In this document: piece by piece, positions 53,214 to 64,000 of the stretch
Numbering within the stretch: position 1 is the stretch's first letter
Layout: each line of letters begins with the position of its first letter
Source of the DNA: Rhizophagus irregularis
Taxonomy: Eukaryota
DNA: 64,000 bases
NCBI RefSeq assembly: GCF_026210795.1
Contig: NC_089435.1
Coordinates: 4,712,001 to 4,776,000 of the forward strand
Direction of reading: 5' to 3'
Program-made: the position numbers and the translations under genes
The notes under the pieces: model-generated
Database searches by the model: none
What the model was told of the DNA's origin: nothing
What the model saw: the letters and a program-made list of their open reading frames with translations, nothing else

Positions 53214-56200
53214 TTAATAATACGGAAATAATCTACCACCAACATTGCTACTATTTATCTCGAAATACAATCTCATAGCCTCTCTCATTTCCACAAATAA
53301 TTGAGTAATTAACATATCCTGTTGCATCTTTAATGGTGGATCATCAAACATCGATCTTGCTTGTCTTATCTTATGATGGAATTCTGTTACTTCTTCATTC
53401 TGTATGAAAAATAATGAAAAATCGTTTTAATAAATAGATAATTGAAATTTTTTTTTATATGCTTACCTTATTAATAAGACTATCCAAAAGTGTACACCAT
53501 TCCTGAGAATACAACATAACAATATCACTTCCAATTAAATGTAGAAATGTTATCAAGTCCATAAACATTTCCCAATAAGGAACTCCATTAGGCTGAAAAA
53601 ACACAAAAAAATAATGAAATCTTATTTGAATAATAATAATAATAATAAATGCTTATTTATATTTCCTTACCAAAACATCTTTATCTTCAGTAACGCTAAT
53701 TAATTGTTTCCTAATACTAGGCCAAATAGAATTCCAAAATCTTCTTTCAGCCATAGTTAAATTGTTAGCTAATCTTTGATGCAATTTAGGTGCTTCGCTA
53801 ATTTTATTTTCTTGTAGTTTCGAAGTTTGTAAGCAAAGCACTGTCCAAATTTTTACTAAAACAAATGATTGATAAGCTAATTCCCCTGAATGTGTATAAA
53901 GATAATTCACATCTCCTGCTATTACTTCATTAAATGGTTGTTTAAGTGCAAGTGATAATAAATCTGTAATGTTATCTTGAAAATCAAATATTGTTGTAAC
54001 TAATCCTGTTGATGAATCTGCTTTTAAAATCCCTAATAATATCCAATTTAATAATCGTATTGTGCGTCTAGAATCTGTCGACTATAGTAAAAAAAAAAAA
54101 TAAATATTAAAGTTCAAATTGTTTAAAATATTTTTATTTTTTTTTTTTAAAAAAAAATAATAATTTAATACCTTTTGCCATAAAAATATCTTTGTCAATA
54201 GATCATATTTTTCACTACACATAGCAACAGCTAATTGACTTGCACATACTCCGATTTTAAAATCTTTTTTCGAGTACTGTTTCGTTATAGGAGGATTTTC
54301 CAAAAAATTTGTGCAATCCTCAAATAGATATTCCGATACATTTGAAAAAAAAGGCCTTCGTTGTTGACTTGACGAATTAACTTTAATTCTTTGTTCAATG
54401 CTTCTAAACCATGGATACGTTGATGGTTGCATGTCCCATAATACAAGCTATAAAAAAAATTATTTATATAATATTTAAAAAAAATATATATATATATAGT
54501 ATTATGTGCCCTTTTAAATACCTGTAATAATATTATCAATGTATCTCTATTCAATCTATTCCTTGCTCCTCTATAAAATATTTTTATTTCTTCAAGTATT
54601 ACTTCACCAAAAGCATTACTTTGATCAGATGGTGAAACTACTTCACTTATTGCACTATAAGCTGCCAATAATTTTACAAATGATTCTATAGTAGGTCCAC
54701 ATTTATTAATTACATGTTTCAGGAAATTCCTTACAGGGTGAATCAAATGCTATTTGAAAATACAAATAAGGTAAAATTGAAAATATCTTTTTTTTAAAAG
54801 ATAAGTAAATAAATAAATAAATAAAACAAATACCTTCGCATGAAGCGGATTGTTCTTTAATATAATGGAAATCATATTAAGTATAGGATTAACATCCCAA
54901 TCGACACTTTTCCATTCAGTCGTATATTTACTCAACTTTATTAAAAATGATCCTAAATCTAAAAAATAAATAAAAGAAAATAAATTATTTTTTTGAAAAT
55001 TTATTTACTTATTTATTAATTTATTTTTAATTATCCGCTTACCTATCATTAATTGTTCACTATATGGTTTTGAGTAAACTAATTCCACATATTTATTCAA
55101 GTTATGTAATACAGTAGATACAATTTTACGATTTGTGAACTTAAATAATTGATTTATAACATCTCTTATTGGTTCAACACAAAGATAAGTCGGTTCAATA
55201 TTTTCATCATGTGTTGGAATAACTTCATCTCTTATTATATCACGTAATACTCTAAACATGTCTAGTTCAGTATTTGTTTCATCCGCAACTGTTTGATTCT
55301 TAGAAATAAAATTCAAATTAAAAAAATTTTTTTTTTTAAACACTATCATTATCATAATAATTGAATACCTTAAAAATTAGAACAAACAACCCATTCCTTG
55401 CAAAACTTATGAACGCTGTTCGTAAAAATATTTTTGCGCTCATAACCAAAGAACTTGATGAATCATTTCTTAGCTTTGTCAATAATTTTCCCAACGTAAT
55501 AATATATTTTCCCAAAATATTGACCGTTAACATAGGTGCTCTTTTTAATAATGTGGTAGAAACTTCTATGATAAGTTGTTTATTTTCTTCTGTTACATCT
55601 TTGGATAATAATTCAGAAGCTTTTCTCATAGCGTTTACCAAGTTTTCTTCTAATTGTCTATTGCGTTTATCCTCAATCTTATGCTATAATAAAAAAAATA
55701 TTATTAAAACTTAAGAGTATAATTATCAAAAATACAAATTGCTAAATCACAAATATTTTACCTTATAAACAATCATAAGTAGTAACTCAATCCAATTCTT
55801 AAGCATAAGATGGCTTAGAGTTGACATGTCTACCGAAGAATTAAATAATGCTAATACGACATCTACAAAAACACCACCTGCTAATTCTTCTTCCTGTTCC
55901 GCTGCTAATCTTGTATCTTCTAAAATATTGTTTGATGACTTTAAGTAAATCGGCGTATCCAGTACTCTTTTAAGATTTCCCAAACATGATGTAATAATCA
56001 TATTTTGTGCAAAATCATCAGGTATATATTCAAAATCTCCGATTGATACATTTGACTTTCCATTAACCATTTCCAATTTAGAATTTTTAAATCCTAAATG
56101 AATTAACACCAAATGCTTTAATTTAATGATTTGATCTTGAGTTACTTCAATACCATTTGCTAACATTTGCAGTGCAAGTGTTAACACTATAACCTAAAAA

Positions 56201-59200
56201 AAAATTAACAAATAATAAATAAATCTAATAATTTATCTGAATAACTAATGCATATTAATTACCCTCAGATTTTGCGATTCTGCAACTCTTTGTCCTGGAG
56301 TAGAATTTCCACCGTCCTGAATTTGTTTCAACCCAATTACCAAAATACTATCTGGTCTCATATAGCTTTCCTAAGTAATAATAAATAGTATTAATTACAT
56401 TAATTATGAATTTTTAAAACAATAGTTAAATTTTCATACCAAAATATCGGAAGTGGAAACTTGTTCATTCTCATCATTTTGAGTTAAAGCATCTAATAGT
56501 GTATTCCACTCAATAACTTTAGTAAGTAAAAAAAAGTTTCAGGTAAATATTATCGTAAAAAACAATTCATTGGAACAAATTCATGAATGACTTCGAACCT
56601 TCCCAATCTGGAAATTTTGCATTCAATTTAATCATTAATTTACACAATAGCGTTTTTTCACGAACATTTGCAGTTTTGAAATATCCTTCCCAGCATTTAA
56701 AAGCTAAACGCACGTGCTGTGGCTGCATTGATCTTATATAAGTAATAGCTTTTGTTCTAACAAATTCCTACAAATGAGAAATGAGAACAAAAAAAAAACA
56801 TTTTATTTATTTAATTAACTATTTATTTTTTTTTTAAAAAAAAAAATGGAATTTTAAAATTCACGTATATTAAACAAAAAAAAAGGAACCTACCTCTTCG
56901 TCCCATAAACATCCGACTAAATAGCTAAATATTGGTCCTAGATAGGCAAAAACTCCACTTACTTGTATATCATGTTTTTCATCCAACTTAGAGAATAATC
57001 CATACAAGTTATCAAGACCATCAAATCTTTAAATTAAAATTTTAAAATTAACTAAAATAATAGTATTTCAAAATATATATAATATAATTTTAATAAAACT
57101 GTTACCTAACTTCCCAATCAGAATGTTCAAATACTTTACTGACTGAAGCAAGAAAGAACCTTGAATCTGCCCAAACAATTTTCATCAATAATTGCAAAGT
57201 TATATCTGATGATGTATCATGTAAGGGAGATAATTCCTTCCATACACTATATCAACATTTTATAAAATTAATAAACTTCAATATTAATTGTACTTTACTA
57301 ATATACATATTTACCTTGGAAGAAGTTCAGGAATACAACTATTGACAAATTCATTCTTATTGAAAATTAGACCTGCAGATGTGATAAATTTCCAAAATCC
57401 TTTTACTATGTCTCCACGAACTTCTAGTTTATCAAATTTAGCATACATCAACAAGCATTGAATTAAAGGGTCATCAGCAGTAAGATTAGAGCCTTGAGTC
57501 GAGTCTTTAAAATTAGACAATCTTTTTGGGTGGCTATTAATCAATGGACATCAATGAACATTAAGTTTCGATCAAGCTAGGAAATATAAAACTAAAAAAA
57601 AATATTTGAAATCCACCTTAAATTAATTGGCTTTTCAGGTAATGAATCAAATATTCCAACATTATATATCATTTCCAATGGGCAATTATAAGAGTATAAA
57701 GCCAATACAATTGTAACTTTGACAAAGGATCTTGCACTTTAAATTTAGTAAATAATGTAAATAAATGCGAATGACATATACAAAAATGTGAAAAATCATA
57801 AATATTTAAACCTTGCAATTTCTGCACCATATCCTCCTTCGTTTATCTTTTTGATCATTTCAAAAGCCGCTTCATTGACATCTGATATAATGCTTTGGAT
57901 GTTACTTCGCACGAGTAGATGTCCAAGACCAATCATAACTTGATACCACATAACCTCCATAAATGTAGTGTATTGTTCGATTGATGGTGAAAGGTTGGCT
58001 AAAAGTGGAAGGAAATCGGAAAATATTGAACCTGGAAGACCAATACTACAAAAAAAAAATTTATCAATTAGAATTAAATCGGATAAATGGATAAAGGATA
58101 AATAATACTTACCCAGTACGAACCATCACTTCCATCCACTGTAATGCTCGAGTTAATTCAACAGCATCTCCTTCTTTGAAAAGCTGTGTAACTAAGGAAA
58201 TTGGATCTGTAACATCGCTGTTATTATTCTCAGTCGACAACAATATTTGATCTGTAGTGCTATATCGATAAGTTGATGATTTTGATGCATTAAATATTTT
58301 ATATAAGGTTTTCAATTCCACAAAAATCTAAAATATAAAACAATTTGTTAGAAATCACTATAGTAAATGAAAAAGAAAAAAGAATATCATACATTAGATT
58401 GATGCTTCATGATATGATAAACATCATCTAACCATCGTGCAATCATATCTTTAAAGGCAGAGAAAAGTAAACCTGCGTGCCATAATCTAATCATACACTT
58501 TAATATACGATCATGGCTCTGAAATTCAGTTTCCTATAAATTATATAATATGATTCAATAAGATGGGAAGATCATTTTATAGCAGTAATTCTTTTATACA
58601 TACCGTTATTACATCCTGCTCACTTTTATTTTCATACAACATTTCTATTTGATCGAAAACTATGTCACAAAACAATCCTTGATTCATATCATGAATTGCA
58701 GACATCCAATTTATTATATATTTTTCTTTCAACATTTTACGACAAACAATATAAGCACCACCTCCAGCAACACTTGGCATCGCCGATGGTTGTCTTTGAT
58801 TTGCTCCATTTCTTTTATTCTCCATCTCATCACGAACTCCAGGAAGTTTGAGCTGAGATGGAGTATACTCACGAGCAATTATAAGTAATTTATCATCTTC
58901 ACTGCATACCCATTCAATCACAGCATAGATTAATCTCTCCAATATGTATCTTGATAGAAAAGAATCTGGCCAACAACGTTTCGTCATCAATAATAATCCA
59001 CATTCGTTTATGGAAATGTTAATATCAGATAAACATGCAGTAATTGCAGTTATTAAAGACTCTACGGTTGGAGAACATTCAATTGCAAATGGTAATGGAA
59101 AAGTGCAATCATGATCCAAAATTTCCCCTACGGATTCGTCACAAAATAATATGGGATGACCATCAATTCGTTCTAAAAATCCATAGTTAGCCATTTGTTG

Positions 59201-61885
59201 TAATAAGATCTTTGAAGTATAAGAATTATGAAATCCAAGGTTTTTTTGCAACCACTTCATCATTTCCTTTATAGTTAAAATCCCGGCAGGATTGTTAGAA
59301 TCATCTGGAGAAGGTATTGTTAACGTAGCTGCAGTATAAACACTTAAATGACTATCTATAAATCCTGGTTCTGAATCATACGAAGTTTTAATAATGGATG
59401 CTAAATGTGCAAGATAATCTTCACAAGAAATTATCCATAAAGGAGGTTCTTTACTAATACCTTCCCAATATTCATTTGTTATTACTGATAATGGCAATTT
59501 TCTTCCCTCAAGGTATGATTGGTAAAGTTCCGAATACTCTTGTAATTCAAATTTATCGAATTGCTTTGATCGTGGAAAAAGAGGATTATGATATTTTTGT
59601 TTTATAATCAAACATCCTGCTATAATTCCATTATTTAATATATTTTCTTGCATTTGTAATGTTGTCATCATTATGGATAATTCTTCAAAACTATAAGAGG
59701 AAATACTTTCTTCAGGTACCAAGATATTTTCGTAATAAGTTTTAAAACTAAGTCGAAGCATTTCATGCTCAATCAATGCATCACCTTCACTCATGGATGG
59801 AGAATGGCAAGCAAATTGTACTTCCGATTCGTTTGATTTCATGCATCGAGAATGTATAAACTTATTACAAGATCCACATCGATAGCCTTGATGCATCACG
59901 CCCCATAAAGGCATGCGACACACCATACATAATACTAAAGTAAAAAGGTTCACAAGGCGAAAAGAGTGTCCAGAAACAGTCTTTGAAATAATGGCAGTTT
60001 TATAATCAATGTTTTTCAAAGAATCATTACAAATAACCTCTCTTTGACCGTAAGTTATATCACAATATCTTGGAGTTGACAATTTATACAATTTGTGTTC
60101 TCCTGATTCCACTGAATACTCTGTCAAAAATTCTCCATCAGCTAAATTATAACATGTAAAATGAACATTTAGCTTACAACCACCACACCGTAAACCAAAA
60201 CCAGATATTGGCTTAAAACATTGAACACACGCATTTGGATGTTCAGTAGGTATAAATTGACCATGCATATCTACTATAGAAGCATGTTTTGTAACAGTAA
60301 GGGAAGCGTGTTTATTTTCTTTACCGTTTCGAGTGTCAAGGAAAATGTGCGGCAAAAACTGGTGGAGATGAACATCTTTTATAACAGACATTGAAGCTCT
60401 CTTTGAATTTTTTATTGATGTATCATTTTGTTTCTCCTTAACCGACAAATCATGCATATATCCCACGTTTGGCAGTGCTTCTCCAACTGAAGGATGCCCT
60501 GTACTATTTCTCCAAAAATAAAATAGAATGTTTACAGCCCGATTACGACTCATTGTATCACCATGTGCCATGATTTCTATAACATCATTATAGAGGTCTG
60601 GTTTACATAGAATCATAATTCCAATAGTCCGATGCATCTGATATAATGTATCCAAAGGAGAATCCTCAACTGAAATAAATTGTATAATCGAATACAATAA
60701 AGGAGTAAACATTGAATCAACATAATAAGCATCAATGTCAAGATCTCCAGTATATGAAATAGAAAGTCTCCTTGATAACTTTCTAGCCGCGCTTTGTCTA
60801 CGATTAAAACTATATTCATCATCTGATCTATCAACATTAGAATTAGGTAAATGTTCTGAATCTGGTAAATTACCGGGTGGTATTGGATCTTCTGAGTTTA
60901 TGGTTATGTTTATGTATGATGAATTTTCAAATTCTACAAGAATAAATAATTTTAATATGAGTAAATATTGAATAAAATTCAGTTCTAGATTCGTTAAAAC
61001 CTGCCATTCGTAGTGATCTTTCCATTGGACTTCCCACGACGCAAAGATGAGGCGACAATTATATCATCACTCGTATCACTTTGACAAGCAATCAATTGTG
61101 GAATTAAGGAATCAGCATAAAATATCAATAGCTTCGCACGTAAAACATCATTAAAAATATTAAATCCTGGCATCATTGCCATCCCCAATTCATACAACCA
61201 ACCCGGCGAATATGGATTTTGATTAACCAGTAAATGAGCGACATCAAGTACTATTGATTGTAATGCATTAGGTGGGCGAGATGGTCTTGGAGTAATAACT
61301 TTATATCGACAATCATTTTGAACAATATCGTATAAAACTTCTAAAATGCGTTCTAGTATGCCAGAACTTTTGTTTCGGTTTGATAAATCGCGTTTAGATC
61401 GTGATGGCGATGGCGAACGAGATCGATTTGGTGAAGGGTCTCGTGAAGTATAGGGAGACTCAGGTGGCGTGGCAGACATTCTAATAATATTAAATTTTAA
61501 TCTAATAAATAATCACAATCACGCAACTATTACATCAAAGATAAAAATGCATCACATCAAAAAAGGATTACCTATCTCCAAAGTAAATTCCATTCATCGA
61601 ACAAACTATCAATACATCTCTAAGTTGACTTAATAAATCGCAAGTATCATCGGTATTAAAAAAATTTTGCAGATTTGGATTTGTATTAACTTCATGAAAT
61701 GAATCAGCTTGATTAACCATATTTTGAAAAGGAGAAGGAGGTTTTTTCCTTTTTTTTAGGTCATTTAATATTTGGCTTACAAGTTTACGAGTCTGAACTA
61801 CCTTAGGGAGCAATATATTTCCACCTTTCTTTGGAGCTTTAGGTAAGCTTACTGGACGTGAACGGCCATTACTGTTACTCTCCAT
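53214..61885 (-). CDS. UNC79-like giant helical-repeat scaffold with two C1 (DAG/phorbol-type zinc) domains, about 2343 aa, 22 exons: 61885-61572, 61480-61005, 60933-58604, 58533-58393, 58327-58113, 58045-57812, 57736-57617, 57533-57315, 57246-57106, 57026-56894, 56767-56599, 56516-56440, 56370-56263, 56193-55762, 55683-55369, 55298-55043, 54958-54834, 54749-54522, 54447-54172, 54081-53671, 53592-53467, 53399-53214
   Basis: Phase-consistent splicing of all exons gives a 7032-nt frame (one GC-AG intron). C1 motif HSFRLVNLFTLVLCMVCRMPLWGVMHQGYRCGSCNKFIHSRC. Several collinear motif matches to animal UNC79, from recalled sequence. The gene model is more certain than the UNC79 label. Confidence 0.75.
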
Positions 61886-62734
61886 TACTTACAGAACGTG
61901 AATCTTGAAGAAACTTTTTTAAAATATGAAAAAATTGAAAATGGAAAAACTTATAAATTATAATATTTTATAATTTAATTAATTAAATATAAAATATAAT
62001 TATAATAAATTATTAATTCAACTTTTTACGTAGAATTGTAGAATTGCGAGTTCTCGTCAAAAAAAAAAAATCCATTCGGAATTTATGTAAACTCCCTCTA
62101 AAAAAAACATTTACACGTGTGTAGTGTGTATTAAGAGTATTTTCTAATCTCGGTTAGCACTTTTGGAGATCCTTAGTACAAAAAAATGTAATCAAACTTT
62201 AATTATTTTCCGACTTTAAAATTTGTAATTGAGATTATTTGCTAACGTGGCATTCGAATCATATTAATTTTTAATTTATTATTATAATTAAATAAAGCGA
62301 AAAATTTTATTTGAAAAATGTATTACAGAAATTTTATAATAATTATTAAGGTAAATATAATTACAAAGAATTTCAGTTCGAGAATTATAAACAATCACTA
62401 CTGAAATATTTATATAATTAAAAATAAACATTGCTAATTTAATTTAGAATCAATTATGGATATCTGTTATAAATCCTATTTGTTACTAATAAATAGAATT
62501 ATTAACAAATATCTAACATATTTATGTTTATATTGTCTCAGATATTTCAGATCATTTGCATTTACTTTCATAAAATAAAATGCCATGATCATTAAAATAG
62601 CCAACGGCTTTATTAATGCCACCACCATCCCGCAAATTAAATGTGCAATATACAAATATATCATATTACAAAATAAAAAAAGGAAAATGCAAATGCAAGT
62701 GCAAAAAAAAAATACAATTATTTATTTCCATCCA

Positions 62735-64000
62735 TCATAGGATACCACTATCTCGCAATGCATTCTGCAAAATTGTCTCTTTTACGGCCGCAAAAACAAG
62801 TCTAAAAAAAGTGTAAAGAAATTTAATATATAATTTAACTATTAGAGGGAGAAAACAAAAAAAAACCATTATAACTAACCGTATCTTTAAATAATAAAAT
62901 TAGTAGAATTTATAAAAAAAAACTTTAGTATCATAAAATATAACAGTATAAAAACCACTTAATGACTTTTACTTACATTCGATGTATCAGTAGCCTGTGT
63001 GAGACTATCATAAATTTCAAATACAGATAAAAAGTCAAATATAACTAATTCCTGTACAATTAAATGATCAAATAATTGTGAAAATGTTACTCACTGTGGA
63101 TATATATTGAGTCGAGCTCGATTGGTTTGTGTGAATCGCCATAATATATACTTTGCGGCTTTATTTACATCAGCACCCCCTAAACAAGAGAGACTCATAA
63201 TTTAATAATAGAGAAACAGAATTAAATTATACGAAATAAATGAATTACCGGAATATTCGGGAAAATATTGTTCAAGAGGTACCCTCGGTAGTTTTGCTCT
63301 GAACAAGTCAATTTTGTTAAGAAATAAAATAATTGAAGTTCTCAAAAACCATCTACTATTAATAACTGATTCAAATAATATGAGACTTTCTGCCATACGA
63401 TTCTAATAGTGGAAATAAAAAAAAAAGAATTATATCAATAATTGTTAATAAATTAATAAATTCGTTAAAAAAATATAAATTTTATTTATAATAATAATAA
63501 CACCTGGCCTGATTCTTCTAACAAAACTTGGTCATATTCGCTTAATGCCACACAAAAGATAATTGATGTGACGGCTTCAAAACAATGAATCCATTTTTTT
63601 CGCTCTGATCTTTGGCCTCCTACATCAAACATACTAAATAAAGTATTCGTTCAATAATTAAGGAAAATATTGATAAGAAGTTGCTTCGCTCCACACATAT
63701 TATTTACTTTTTTTTAAAAAAAAAAACGTACTGTATGCTCAGTTGACCCATATTAAATCTTGTTTCTGATATTCCTGTAGTTTTGGTTCTTGCGCGCAAA
63801 ACATCCGCTTCAACTGGAATATAACCATGAGCTCCAATCCGCCTTACTTCAGCAAAAAAGCTATAATCGCACAATTATCAAAACAATTAAAAAATGTAAG
63901 TAAATGCCCAATTCTGATGAACTTATCTAATAGTTTCGTATAATCATATATAGCATATACTAACTAAGGTGCTGAATCCATCAAATAAAAATGGCTTTGT
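62735..64000 (-). CDS. Heterotrimeric G-protein alpha subunit, fungal class III (Gpa2/GNA-3-like), 5' part outside the window; exons >64000-63965, 63860-63732, 63633-63504, 63402-63249, 63179-63095, 63004-62977, 62884-62880, 62801-62735
   Basis: [80 protein letters not shown]. The C-terminus is characteristic of cAMP-stimulating class III G-alpha. Confidence 0.95.

Noticed and set aside
303..64000. Many other 60-130 aa track ORFs rich in F/I/K/L
   Set aside because: They are AT-rich intergenic noise, antisense shadows or exon read-throughs of the genes above, often with non-ATG starts.

Overview
Very AT-rich eukaryotic DNA with short GT-AG introns. The gene content (F-box/RNI-like paralogs, fungal class III G-alpha, NUS1, MEF2) and many MITEs point to an early-diverging fungus, most likely an arbuscular mycorrhizal fungus of the Glomeromycota (Rhizophagus-like); this is inference. 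I rebuilt the spliced gene models by hand: a small coiled-coil/RRM gene, three F-box genes, an orphan membrane protein, mitochondrial EF-G2, NUS1, an alpha-arrestin and the 3' part of a G-alpha gene that needs a 5-nt micro-exon. Two features stand out. (1) A local family of O-fucosyltransferase-fold (POFUT2/GT68-like and CigA-like) type II membrane genes: five intact copies and one transposon-disrupted pseudogene in about 32 kb, two of them with degenerate catalytic motifs. (2) A 22-exon gene for a protein of about 2340 aa with two C1 domains, whose N-terminal, central and C-terminal motifs match animal UNC79, the NALCN channel complex scaffold. The UNC79 match rests on recalled sequence and needs a database check. 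Intergenic DNA holds several TIR-type non-autonomous elements and a roughly 2 kb structured degenerate tandem repeat. I found no rRNA, tRNA or CRISPR features.
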